A stretch of 64,000 bases of DNA from an uncultured Gemmatimonadales bacterium (GTDB lineage Bacteria; Gemmatimonadota; Gemmatimonadetes; Longimicrobiales; Gaopeijiaceae): assembly GCA_963809895.1 (NCBI GenBank), contig CAWELD010000003.1, positions 2,976,001-3,040,000 of the forward strand, read 5' to 3'. The notes beneath the pieces are model-generated. The model ran no database searches. It saw only the letters and a list, made by a program, of their open reading frames with translations, and had not been told where the DNA came from. Shown here piece by piece: positions 1 to 9,678 of this stretch. Position numbers and translations under genes: made by a program. The first letter of the stretch is position 1, and every line of letters starts with the position of its first letter.

Positions 1-462
1 CTGTTGGTGGGCGCCGCCCTGACCCTGCGGCCCGACCTCTTCCGGGCCGTGCTGTGCGGGTTTCCCGATCTGGACATGATCCGCTTCTGGGATTTCCAGG
101 ACCGCAACAACATGCCCGCCCTCTTGGAGTACGGAGACGCCCGCAACGCGGACCAGTTCGAAGCCATCCGCACCTACTCGCCCTATCAGGCGGTGCGGGA
201 CGGCGTGGACTACCCGGCGGTCATGCTCTCCACCGGCGATCTGGACACCCGGGTGCCACCGCTGCAGGCCCGGCGCATGACCGCGCGCCTGCAGGCCGCC
301 ACGAGCTCCGGGCTACCGGTGATCCTCTTCTACGACGAGATGGGAGGCCACGCCGCCGGCCGCGGTCAGCCCACGAGCATGCGCGTGGAGAGCATGGCCC
401 GCGGGCTGACCTTCATGGCCGAGCAGCTGGGACTGACGGCTACAGACCCAGCTTCTCCCTGA
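1..462 (+). CDS. Prolyl oligopeptidase (S9A) C-terminal catalytic region, 5'-partial
   Basis: LLVGAALTLRPDLFRAVLCGFPDLDMIRF...EYGD...YSPY...DTRVPP...GGH: post-nucleophile segment with catalytic Asp (DTRV) and His (GGH); runs off the window start. Confidence 0.88.
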   Translation: MLVGAALTLRPDLFRAVLCGFPDLDMIRFWDFQDRNNMPALLEYGDARNADQFEAIRTYSPYQAVRDGVDYPAVMLSTGDLDTRVPPLQARRMTARLQAATSSGLPVILFYDEMGGHAAGRGQPTSMRVESMARGLTFMAEQLGLTATDPASP

Positions 463-1309
463 CGAAGCGACGCACGAACGCCGCCGGGGGATTGTGCGCC
501 CGGGCCATGTCGTAGGCCTTGCGGTAGAGCTCGTTGGCCTCGTCCGTCCGTCCCATGCGCTCCCAGGTCATGGCCAGCAGCGTGTTCATGAACGGATCGT
601 TCTGGTTGCCGCGCATCTCCACGGTGGTGGTCAGGTCGGCCTCGGCCTTCTCCAGGTCGCCTGTGAAGAGCGCCACGTAGCCCGTGAGGTACGGGAAGAA
701 GCGCTCCTGCTGCGCCGCCATCTCCGGATCGCCGTCCAGCGCCGCCCGGGCGGCTGCGATCTGGCGCTGCGCTTCTTCGGCATCCCCCCGGCGGGCCGCG
801 ATCCGTCCCAGGGCGTGGGCCAGGCGGTAGTCCCACAACGACGCGGGATGCGTGCGTGGCTCGGGCTCCTTCAGGCCCAGCTCGTGGCCACGACGATACC
901 ACTCCTCCGCCGTATCCAGGTCCCCCACGTCCACGCACACGCGCGCTCCTTCGTCGGCCATCTCGCCTTCCTGATAGAAGGCGTTCTGGGGATCGGCCTC
1001 CTCCTGCGTGCGCCAGTAGTCGATGACCATCTGCTCGTAGCGGATGGTGTTGGCGCAGTCGCCGGCGAAGGCGTACGACATGGCCATGGCACGCTGCACC
1101 TGGGCCCGGTCCGCCGGGTCCGAGACCGTGTCCAGCACGGACTGATAGATGGCCAGCGCCTGCTCGGTGGCGCCGTCGCGATCGAGCTGCGCCGCATCAT
1201 TGAGCGGCCCGGAGCCTCGCTGGGCCTGCAGCGGTGACACGGCCGCCACGGCGAAGGCGCACACCACGGCAACGCTCAGGATGAAGGGAAGGCGATTCGG
1301 GCGAGCCAT
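440..1309 (-). CDS. Secreted TPR-repeat protein
   Basis: Signal peptide (MARPNRLPFILSVAVVCAFAVAAVSPLQA), helical TPR-like repeats, GAGGAG RBS upstream. Confidence 0.75.
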   Translation of the reverse strand: MARPNRLPFILSVAVVCAFAVAAVSPLQAQRGSGPLNDAAQLDRDGATEQALAIYQSVLDTVSDPADRAQVQRAMAMSYAFAGDCANTIRYEQMVIDYWRTQEEADPQNAFYQEGEMADEGARVCVDVGDLDTAEEWYRRGHELGLKEPEPRTHPASLWDYRLAHALGRIAARRGDAEEAQRQIAAARAALDGDPEMAAQQERFFPYLTGYVALFTGDLEKAEADLTTTVEMRGNQNDPFMNTLLAMTWERMGRTDEANELYRKAYDMARAHNPPAAFVRRFVREKLGL

Positions 1310-1510
1310 GGCGTCTCCTCCTCTCTCGGGGATCCACGTGGGCGAGGATCCCCACTATACAAGGCCTGGCGGTCCGTGCGCGACAGACCGCAGCGAGGGC
1401 GCGACCAGGGAGCGGCGTGCCGGGCCCCACTTTCTCATCGGCGGAGCCCCGATCTACCTTGCCCCCGGTTTCGTACCCTGGGCCCCACACCTTCCAGCGA
1501 GGAATTGGCC

Positions 1511-2329
1511 ATGGAGCGACCGCTGATCCGCGCCCTGACCCCCACGATCGGCGCGGAGATCCTCGGGATCGACCTGGACGATCTCGACGACGCCGGACTG
1601 GAGCTCATCCGGGATGCGCTGGCCCGGCATCTGGTGGTCTTCTTCCGCGATCAGGACATCTCCATCGAGGCCCACAAGGCGTTGGGTGCACACTTCGGCA
1701 CGCTGGACGTGCATCCCAACGACCCCGGGCTCGAGGGGCACCCGGAGGTCATGATCATCCACGCCGACGCCAGCTCCAGGCGGGTCGCCGGAGAGATGTG
1801 GCACTCCGACGTGTCGTGCGCCGAGCAGCCGCCCATGGGATCCATCCTCCACCTCTTCGAGCTGCCCGAAAGCGGCGGCGACACGCTCTTCGCCAACATG
1901 TACGCGGCGTACGAGGCGTTGTCGGAGCGGATGCGGGGATTCCTGGACGGCCTCACGGCGATCCACGACGGCGGGCCCTACTACCGGCAGGTGAACGCCA
2001 TCCTGGGTCGGGACGACGGTGGCCGGAGCTATCCCAGCGCCGAGCACCCCGTGGTTCGCACCCATCCCGTCACCGGCCGACGGTGCCTGTTCGTGAACTC
2101 CATGTTCACCACGCGGATCGTCGGCCTGCCCACGGCCGAGAGCGACGCCATCCTGGCTTTCCTCTTCCAGCACGTGCGCAATCCGGTCTTCCAGTGCCGC
2201 TTCCGCTGGGAACGCCACTCCATGGCATTCTGGGACAACCGCTGCACCCAGCACTTCGCGGTCTGGGACTACTTTCCCCAGACGCGCTCGGGATATCGCG
2301 TGACGATCCGGGGCGAGCGGCCCGAGTAG
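1511..2329 (+). CDS. TauD/TfdA-family 2-oxoglutarate-dependent dioxygenase
   Basis: LTPTIGAEI, WHSD (HxD), GGDTLF, HPVVRTHPVTGR, WDNRCTQH; ATG at 1511 after GAGGA. Confidence 0.92.
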   Translation: MERPLIRALTPTIGAEILGIDLDDLDDAGLELIRDALARHLVVFFRDQDISIEAHKALGAHFGTLDVHPNDPGLEGHPEVMIIHADASSRRVAGEMWHSDVSCAEQPPMGSILHLFELPESGGDTLFANMYAAYEALSERMRGFLDGLTAIHDGGPYYRQVNAILGRDDGGRSYPSAEHPVVRTHPVTGRRCLFVNSMFTTRIVGLPTAESDAILAFLFQHVRNPVFQCRFRWERHSMAFWDNRCTQHFAVWDYFPQTRSGYRVTIRGERPE

Positions 2330-2363
2330 GGCCCGACCCCACGAATGCCGTGGCCGTGCCGGC

Positions 2364-3833
2364 TCAGCCCACGGGTCGGCGCATGAGCGCCTCGATCTCG
2401 TCGATGTCCCGGGGAGCCGTGCTGATGCGGCGGAGCCCCGTGGGTGTGACCACGTAGTCGTCTTCGATCCGGACGCCGGTGTTCTCGTAGCGCGCCACCG
2501 CATCGCGCACCGCCGCGATGAATCTCCGGTTGCGCGGGGTGTCCGGGAGTGCGTTCAGCGAGGCCGTGGCGATGTAGATGCCGGGCTCGATGGTGAAGAC
2601 GTCGCCCACGCGGTACGTGCCGTCGCGGCCGTAGTACTGGGCCGGATCGTGCACCTCGAGGCCGATGCCGTGGCTGATGCCGTGGATCGTCCACAGGTTG
2701 GCCTGCAAGCACGAGCTCGGCTGCCGCTGGCAGTCGGCGGCCCACGGCGGATCGAACATGGCATCGGCCGACTCCACGAGGCCCAGCTCCGCCAGACCAC
2801 GGGCGCGCACCACCACCGACGAGTCCTGCGCCGCAGCCTGCGACAGACCGGGCCCCGAATTCCTCTCGGCGGCGGCCTGGGCGTCGCGCACGAGCTGGTA
2901 GATCGCTCGCTGCTCCTGCGTGAAGGTCCCGCTCACCGGAATGGTACGCGTGATGTCCGCGGCGTAGCCCCGGTACTCGGCCCCCGCGTCCATGACCACC
3001 AGGTCGCCGGGGCGTGCCTCGGCCATGTCCTCCATGTAGTGGAGCTGGGTGCCGTTCGGGCCGGCACCGACGATGGAGCCGTAGGCGACGCGCTCGGCAC
3101 CCAGGCGGGTGAAGGTGCTCTCCAGGGCCGCCCGCAGCTCGTACTCGTGGCGTGGGTCGGGCACCCGCATGGCGGCCAGGTGGCCCTCGGAGCTGATGTG
3201 CGCGGCCTTCTCCAGCAGCTCGATCTCCGCGGGACTCTTTCGGGCTCGCAGGGCGTCCACGAGGGGGTGGGCATCCTCCACGGTGAGGTCGGAGTGGCGC
3301 TCTCGGAGGCGGCGCACGAAGGACTGGCCCCGGGTCAGGGAATCCTCGGCGGCGAAGTCGGCGGCCTGGAAGTCGGCCAGGGCGAAGAAGGGCAGCCCCG
3401 AATCCGCCAGTGAATCGAGGACGGGACGGAGCGCGGCGAAGGAGCGACCTCCTACGCCGAGGCTGTCCTGGACGGTCGTGGAATCTGGCCGCCGACCGTA
3501 GTAGAAGGCCCTGCGGGGGTCCACCGGCGTCAGGAAGAGCGTGGACTCTCCGTTGCCCCCATGGACGACCATGACGAAGGCTGCGTCGGGCTCGTCGAGC
3601 CCGGTCAGATAGTGAAACGCCGGGAGCTGGAAGAATGGACCGCGATCCGTGATCGGGGTCGGGGCCCCGAAGGCGACCACTACCCCGTCACCCACCCGAG
3701 CCGCCAGGGAATCCCGCCGGGCCGCGTATTCGGCCGGCGTGATCTGCGCCTGGGCGGTGCGCACGGCTCCGACGGAGAGCGCCCCCGCGATGAGGGCAAG
3801 GCCAGCCGCACCGCGGATATCGAGAGCCTGCAT
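2364..3833 (-). CDS. Secreted Xaa-Pro aminopeptidase (M24B)
   Basis: YAARR and FHYLTG N-domain; metal ligands VMDAG, ADITRT, HGIG, TIEPG, RIEDD; signal peptide; AGGAGG before ATG 3833. Confidence 0.9.
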   Translation of the reverse strand: MQALDIRGAAGLALIAGALSVGAVRTAQAQITPAEYAARRDSLAARVGDGVVVAFGAPTPITDRGPFFQLPAFHYLTGLDEPDAAFVMVVHGGNGESTLFLTPVDPRRAFYYGRRPDSTTVQDSLGVGGRSFAALRPVLDSLADSGLPFFALADFQAADFAAEDSLTRGQSFVRRLRERHSDLTVEDAHPLVDALRARKSPAEIELLEKAAHISSEGHLAAMRVPDPRHEYELRAALESTFTRLGAERVAYGSIVGAGPNGTQLHYMEDMAEARPGDLVVMDAGAEYRGYAADITRTIPVSGTFTQEQRAIYQLVRDAQAAAERNSGPGLSQAAAQDSSVVVRARGLAELGLVESADAMFDPPWAADCQRQPSSCLQANLWTIHGISHGIGLEVHDPAQYYGRDGTYRVGDVFTIEPGIYIATASLNALPDTPRNRRFIAAVRDAVARYENTGVRIEDDYVVTPTGLRRISTAPRDIDEIEALMRRPVG

Positions 3834-4011
3834 GGATCGAGTCCTCCTGGAGGGTTGAGCGCGAGATGGCAATGTAGGGATACCGCGAAGTCACGACAGG
3901 ATCCCAGGCACCGCTTGCGGCGCGAGAGCGACGCCAGTCATTTCCCGCCGGCGCCGCGGCGGCAGGCCGCGGGCGCGGCACGAATCCCCCAGCCGAGAGC
4001 CGAGCGCCGTC

Positions 4012-5358
4012 ATGACGACGACTCCGGGTAACGCACCCGAGCTGCGCCGCTCCATCCGGACCGTGCACGCCACGTCCATGGTGGTGGGCACCATCATCGG
4101 CGCCTCGATCTTCGTGCAGCCCTCGGAGATCACGGGCCAGGTCCCGTCGCTGGCCGGCATCTTCGGGGTGTGGGTGTCGGCCGGCCTTCTCACCCTCTTC
4201 GGCGCCCTGGCGTGCGCCGAGCTCGCGTCGGCCTTCCCCGCCACGGGCGGTGTCTACGTCTTCCTCCGTGAGACCTGGGGACGCCCGCTGGGATTCCTGT
4301 GGGGCTGGGCCATGTTCTGGAGCATGCACTCCGGCATCATCGCGGCCATCGCCGTGGTGTTCGCGCGCTACGTCGGGTTCTTCACTCCTCTGGGCACGCT
4401 GGGAACCCGCCTGGTCGCGGTCGGGGCCATCCTCGCCCTGTCGGCCGTCAACTACGTGGGCGTGCGGGCCGGGAGCCGGCTCCAGACCGCCTTCACCGTG
4501 GCCAAGGTCGGGGCCGTGATCGTCATCACGGTCCTGGCCTTCGCGTTGGGAGGCCGGGTCAGCGGCCATTTCGTGCCGGCGAGCGACGCCGCCGCCGGAG
4601 TGACCCTCCAGGACTTCGCCATGGCCGTGGCGGCAGGGCTGTTCGCCTTCGGCGGATGGCACATGGTGACGTACAGCGCGGGAGAGACGGAAGACGCGCG
4701 GCGCACCATCCCCCGAGCCCTGCTGTGGGGAACGCTCACGGTCACCGCCTGTTACATGGCCCTCAATGCCGCCTACCTGTACGTCCTGCCGCTGGATACG
4801 GTGGCGAGCTCGACCCGGGTCGCCGCAGACGCCGCGGAGCGCCTGGTCGGTCCCCGGGGCGCCGCGGCCATCTCGGGCCTCGTGGTCTTCTCCTCCTTCG
4901 GTGCGCTCAGCGGAATCGTGCTCGTCGGACCGCGTGTCTATCTGTCCATGGCCCGTGACGGACTTCTCTTCCGATGGTTGGGTGACGTGCATCCACGCTT
5001 TCGCACGCCGCACCGGGCCGTGGCGCTGCAAGCGGTGTGGGCCAGCGTGCTGGCGGCGACGGGAACGTACCGCGGTCTCTTCACCCGCGTCATCTACACG
5101 GAGTGGATCTTCTTCGGGCTGATGGCGGCCGGACTCTTCGTGCTGCGGCGCCGGGGCGGGTACTCGCCCTCCTACCGCATGTGGGGATACCCCTGGTCCA
5201 CGGCCCTCTTCGTGGCCATCAGTTTCCTGGTGGTGGCCAATCACCTCCGCGCCGCCCCCACGGAGAGCGTCACGGGACTCCTCATCGTCGCCGCGGGCCT
5301 ACCGGTCTACATGTTGTGGCCGAAGCCCGCCCCTTCACCGAGCCGGAGCGCCGAATGA
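4012..5358 (+). CDS. APC-family amino acid permease
   Basis: VVGTIIGASIF, AELASAFPATGGVY, FAFGGW, HPRFRTP; about 12 hydrophobic segments. Confidence 0.92.
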   Translation: MTTTPGNAPELRRSIRTVHATSMVVGTIIGASIFVQPSEITGQVPSLAGIFGVWVSAGLLTLFGALACAELASAFPATGGVYVFLRETWGRPLGFLWGWAMFWSMHSGIIAAIAVVFARYVGFFTPLGTLGTRLVAVGAILALSAVNYVGVRAGSRLQTAFTVAKVGAVIVITVLAFALGGRVSGHFVPASDAAAGVTLQDFAMAVAAGLFAFGGWHMVTYSAGETEDARRTIPRALLWGTLTVTACYMALNAAYLYVLPLDTVASSTRVAADAAERLVGPRGAAAISGLVVFSSFGALSGIVLVGPRVYLSMARDGLLFRWLGDVHPRFRTPHRAVALQAVWASVLAATGTYRGLFTRVIYTEWIFFGLMAAGLFVLRRRGGYSPSYRMWGYPWSTALFVAISFLVVANHLRAAPTESVTGLLIVAAGLPVYMLWPKPAPSPSRSAE

Positions 5359-6332
5359 TCATCGATTTCCACAACCACTTCTATCCCGGCGCCTATCTGG
5401 ACGCGGTCAAGCGAGGTCCGTCGAACGTCCGCTACGAAGAGGACGCGGCCGGCAATCCCGTGCTTCATTATCCCGGGGACTACAACGTGGCGGTGCCCGG
5501 GCACCGAGACCCCGCCTACCGCGCGTCGGTGCTGCGGGAGCACGGCGTGGACCGCCAGGTGCTCACCTTCACCTCACCCGGCACACACTTCGAGGAACCC
5601 GAGCTGGCGGTGAAGCTGGCCCGTCAGGTGAACGACGCCTTTGCCGGGCTCGTCCGCAAGAAGGGCCCCTACCTGGCCCTGGCGACCCTGCCGCTCAACG
5701 ATCCGGCAGCCAGCGTGGAGGAGCTGGAGCGCGCCATGAGCGAGCTGGATCTTCCCGGGGCCATGCTCTTCAGCAACGTGAACGGGATCCCGCTGGCGGA
5801 CCCCCGCTACGAGCCTTTGTGGCAGACCGCGGACCGGTTGGGCGCGGTCCTCTACATCCACCCGATCCATCCCGTGGGCGTGGAGGCCATGACCGAGTAC
5901 TGGCTCATGCCCCTGGTGGGATTCCTCACCGACACCACGCTGGCCGCGGCGCACCTGGTCTACGCCGGGGTTCCGGAGCGTCACCCGGGGATCACCTGGG
6001 CCCTCGGCCACCTCGGGGGCGCGATCCCCTATCTCGCCGAGCGCCTGGACCGGGGCTTCGAGGCCTTCGCCGCCTGCCGCGCCAACATCGACCGCCCGCC
6101 CACGGAGTACCTGCGGGAATTCTACCTCGACACGGTCAACTTCGACCCCGCCGCCCTGCGCCTGGCCATCGAGTTCGCCGGCGCCGACCACCTGCTGGCG
6201 GGTAGCGACTACCCCCACATGATCGGGAGCATCCCGAAGATGCTCGCTTCGATCCGCAGCCTGGGCCTGGCCGCGGCCGACGAGGCCGCCATCCTGGGCG
6301 GCAACGCGGCGCGCATCCTGGGGGTAGGCTAG
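5355..6332 (+). CDS. Amidohydrolase_2-family protein (ACMSD/LigW-like decarboxylase or hydrolase)
   Basis: IDFHNH, YIHP, HLGG, GSDYPH, ILGGNAARIL; ATGA overlap with the permease stop. Confidence 0.88.
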   Translation: MIIDFHNHFYPGAYLDAVKRGPSNVRYEEDAAGNPVLHYPGDYNVAVPGHRDPAYRASVLREHGVDRQVLTFTSPGTHFEEPELAVKLARQVNDAFAGLVRKKGPYLALATLPLNDPAASVEELERAMSELDLPGAMLFSNVNGIPLADPRYEPLWQTADRLGAVLYIHPIHPVGVEAMTEYWLMPLVGFLTDTTLAAAHLVYAGVPERHPGITWALGHLGGAIPYLAERLDRGFEAFAACRANIDRPPTEYLREFYLDTVNFDPAALRLAIEFAGADHLLAGSDYPHMIGSIPKMLASIRSLGLAAADEAAILGGNAARILGVG

Positions 6333-8035
6333 CCTCCGCCCAACCCCACCCGGTCCAGTAGCGCCCGGAAGCGGGGCGACGACCGCAGGGGAGCGTACAC
6401 CGGGCGTACACCCAACCAGACCAGGTCCAGGGAGCGCTCGTCGGCCGCGGCTTCGAGCAGATCGAGGGCGGCCTCGTGATCGCCCATGCCGAGCTTCACC
6501 TGCGCGACGAGCGCGGGAGAGACGTAGTGGTCCGCGGCTCGACGCTCCAGCTCGTCGGCTGCTGGAGGCCGCTGGCCCGAGGCGAGGGCCTGAGCATGGG
6601 CCAGGGCGGCGAGGACCTCGCTGCTCCGGTTGGTGAGCTCCAGCGCTTGCTCCAGGACTTCTTGCGCCCGCCCGGAATCCCCCGTTTCCTGATAAGCCAT
6701 GCCCAGGAAGAAGCGGGCCAGGCCGAACTCCGGATAGAGCTCGGCGGCGTGCGACAGCTCCTCGATGGCGCGCGGCGTCTCGCCGGCGTAGAGCGAGATG
6801 ATGCCACGAGATGCGGCCACGACGGGCGACAGCGGGTCCAGCGCCGCCGCCTCGGCCAGTGCGCGTCTGGCTTCTTCGAAGCGTCGGAGCGGTGTGAGCA
6901 GATGGGTCGCCAGCCACTGATGGGTCTGCGCGTGGGTCGGTTGCACTTCGAGCGCCCGCCCGAAATCCCGTTCAGCGCCCGCCCAGTCCCAGTCGTAGAG
7001 ACCGCGCACGGCCGCCAGCGCCGTCAACGCCTCCACCACCTGCGAATCCAGCTCCAGCGCCCGGCGGGCGGCGTTCCTCGCCGAGGGCATGACCTCGCTC
7101 GGCGCCTGGAGCCCGTACAGGCCGAGGATGAACCACGTGTCGGCCTTCCCGGCCTGAGCCAGCGCGAACTCCGGATCCCGTGCCAGGGCGTCGTCGAAGT
7201 AGTCGAGGCTCCTGCGCAGACTCTCCTCGGTGCGGCGATTCCAGAGGTGCCGGCCCTTCAGGTAGAGCTCCCAGGCCTCTACGTCGTCGGTGGGCCGGCG
7301 ATCCAGACGGTCGTTCTCCTGCGGCGACAGCTCGGCGGCCAGCGCGGCAGCGATGCGCCGCGCCACGTCGGACTGGATGGCGAAGATGTCCTCGAGATGC
7401 CGGTCGTAGCGCTCCGCCCACAGATGGCGGTCGTTGGCCGCATCGATGAGCTGCGCGGAGATCCGCACCCGTTCGCCGGCACGTCGCACGCTCCCCTCGA
7501 GCACGTTGCGCACCCCGAGCTCCCTGGCGATGTCTCCCACCGAGCGATCCGTCGTCCGGAACCGCATCACCGAGGTGCGCGAGATCACCTGGAGCTCGTG
7601 GATGCGTGACAGGACGTTGATGATCTCCTCCGTGACCCCGTCCGAGAAGTATTCGTTGTCCGCGTCACCGGTGAGATTCGTGAACGGGAGCACCGCGATG
7701 GATCGCTCGGGGGCGGGCTCCACGGCCTCGGCAGCGGCCGCTACCTCGGCCGGGTGCGAGGCCTCCCGCGAGACCCGCGCCCGTTCGTCCGACACGAGAC
7801 CCTCGTCGGTGAGCTCGAAAGCCCATGCCATGGCGACGGCCACCGGAAAGCCCGCCGCCATCAAGACGATGACCACGGTCATGGTCACCTCGGGGAGGTG
7901 GAGGGGCTCCACGAGCAGATCCACGACCTGAAGCACCACGAACGCCACGACAGCGTAGGTGGCGCCCACCTTGAGCACCTGCCTGCGCTTCAACTCTCCC
8001 AGAAGAGGGGGGCGACGGCGGGGGGAACGAGCCAT
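6329..8035 (-). CDS. Membrane-anchored TolB-N/FlgO-like + TPR protein (adenylate-cyclase-associated type)
   Basis: ELKRRQVLKVGATYAVV with two TM helices; SIAVLPFTNL...YFSDGVTEEII; LEGSVRR; C-terminal TPRs; no cyclase or kinase domain seen. Confidence 0.85.
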   Translation of the reverse strand: MARSPRRRPPLLGELKRRQVLKVGATYAVVAFVVLQVVDLLVEPLHLPEVTMTVVIVLMAAGFPVAVAMAWAFELTDEGLVSDERARVSREASHPAEVAAAAEAVEPAPERSIAVLPFTNLTGDADNEYFSDGVTEEIINVLSRIHELQVISRTSVMRFRTTDRSVGDIARELGVRNVLEGSVRRAGERVRISAQLIDAANDRHLWAERYDRHLEDIFAIQSDVARRIAAALAAELSPQENDRLDRRPTDDVEAWELYLKGRHLWNRRTEESLRRSLDYFDDALARDPEFALAQAGKADTWFILGLYGLQAPSEVMPSARNAARRALELDSQVVEALTALAAVRGLYDWDWAGAERDFGRALEVQPTHAQTHQWLATHLLTPLRRFEEARRALAEAAALDPLSPVVAASRGIISLYAGETPRAIEELSHAAELYPEFGLARFFLGMAYQETGDSGRAQEVLEQALELTNRSSEVLAALAHAQALASGQRPPAADELERRAADHYVSPALVAQVKLGMGDHEAALDLLEAAADERSLDLVWLGVRPVYAPLRSSPRFRALLDRVGLGGG

Positions 8036-9678
8036 CAGCCCGATGCCAGGTAGGCGTGGACCAGGTGGACCGCCACCGAGCCTTCACCCACCGCCGAGGC
8101 CACCCGCTTCACCGACTCCGACCGTACGTCGCCCACGGCGAACACCCCCGGCATGCTGGTCTCCAGCAGCATGGGATCGCGCTCCAGGCTCCAGTGGCCG
8201 CTGGCGGCCAGATCGGAGCCCGCGCACACGAAGCCACCCTCGTCGCGAATGACCACGCCCTTGAGCCAGTCGGTGCGTGGCCGAGCGCCGATGAAGACGA
8301 ACATCGCCGCGGCATCCACTTCGGCCTGACCGGCCGGCGTGCTCAGGGTGACGCTGGCGAGGCGCTCCGTGCCGCGCACCGCCTCCACCTTCGTCTCCAG
8401 CATCACGCGAATGCCCTCGGTGTTCTTCACCTGCTCCACCAGGTAGCTGGACATGCGCTTGTAGAGGCTGTCGGATCGCACCACCAGGAGAACCTCCTCG
8501 GCGAAGCGAGCCAGGTGGACCGCCGCCTGACCCGCCGAGTTGGCGCCCCCCACCACCACGACGCGCTCGCCCTCCAGCCGGGCGGCCTCGGACACGGTGG
8601 ATCCGTAATAGACGCCCCGGCCCACCAGCTCCTCCATACCGGGCGCGCCGAGCTCCCGGTACTGGACTCCCGTGGCAACGATCACCGCGGAGCAGCGCAG
8701 GAGCTGGCCGTCGTCCAGGCGCACCACGCGGTAGGGATCGTCCCGGTCCAGGCCCACCACGCGACGGGGGGTGATGAAGTGGGCTCCGAAGCGTCGGGCC
8801 TGGGTGAGCGCACGCCGGGCCAGATCGGATCCGCTCACCCCCTGTGGAAATCCCAGGTAGTTCTCGATCCGGGAGCTGGTGCCGGCCTGACCACCCGGCG
8901 CCTCGGCCTCCACCACGGCCGTGTTCAGACCCTCGGAGGCGCCGTAGACGGCGGCAGCGAGGCCGGCAGGACCCGCGCCGACCACGACCAGGTCGTAGAA
9001 CTCGGCGTCGGCCTTCGGTTGCATGCCCACCGCTTCGGCCACCATGTCGGGAGACGGGCACGCCAGCACGCTGCCGTCCTCCAGAACCACCAGGGGCAGA
9101 CGGGCGTCTTCCGCAGCCTCGACGAGCTGCATCGCTTCCGGGCTCCGCCCCACCTCGAGCCAGCGGAACGGCACCTGATTTCGTGCCAGGAACTCCCGCA
9201 GGCGGTGGGACTCCACCGACCAGCGATCCCCCACCAGCCGCAGCCCGATCTCGCGGGGCCGACGACCGGCCGACTGCCAATCGTCCAGGAGGTCGTCCAG
9301 GACGGGGTAGAGCTTCTCCTCGGGGGGATCCCACGGCTTCAAGATGTAGTAGTCCACCCGCGCCCGATTGATGGCGTCGATGGCGGCCTGCGTGTCGGCG
9401 TACGCCGTGAGGAGCACGCGGCGGGTACCTACGAACGCCTCGCCCACGCGGGCGAGAAGCTCGGTCCCTTCCATGCCGGGCATGCGCTGATCGGCCACGA
9501 CCAGCGCCACCTGCTCCCCGCGCAGCGCCACTCGATTCAGCAGGTCCAGCGCCTCGGCGCCGGAGCGTGCGGGCACGACCCGATAGCGCGAGGAATACTG
9601 ACTGCGCAGATCACGTTGCACGGCGCCGAGGACCTCGGGATCGTCGTCCACGACCAGGATGTTCGGGCGCTCGGTCAC
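8035..9678 (-). CDS. Response-regulator receiver fused to a thioredoxin-reductase-like FAD/NAD(P)H oxidoreductase
   Basis: ILVVDDD...VADQRMPGM...LLTAYAD...KPW receiver; GAGPAG, ENYLGFP, GGANSAGQ, FAVGDVR; GTG start overlaps the kinase stop (GTGA). Confidence 0.9.
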   Translation of the reverse strand: MTERPNILVVDDDPEVLGAVQRDLRSQYSSRYRVVPARSGAEALDLLNRVALRGEQVALVVADQRMPGMEGTELLARVGEAFVGTRRVLLTAYADTQAAIDAINRARVDYYILKPWDPPEEKLYPVLDDLLDDWQSAGRRPREIGLRLVGDRWSVESHRLREFLARNQVPFRWLEVGRSPEAMQLVEAAEDARLPLVVLEDGSVLACPSPDMVAEAVGMQPKADAEFYDLVVVGAGPAGLAAAVYGASEGLNTAVVEAEAPGGQAGTSSRIENYLGFPQGVSGSDLARRALTQARRFGAHFITPRRVVGLDRDDPYRVVRLDDGQLLRCSAVIVATGVQYRELGAPGMEELVGRGVYYGSTVSEAARLEGERVVVVGGANSAGQAAVHLARFAEEVLLVVRSDSLYKRMSSYLVEQVKNTEGIRVMLETKVEAVRGTERLASVTLSTPAGQAEVDAAAMFVFIGARPRTDWLKGVVIRDEGGFVCAGSDLAASGHWSLERDPMLLETSMPGVFAVGDVRSESVKRVASAVGEGSVAVHLVHAYLASG

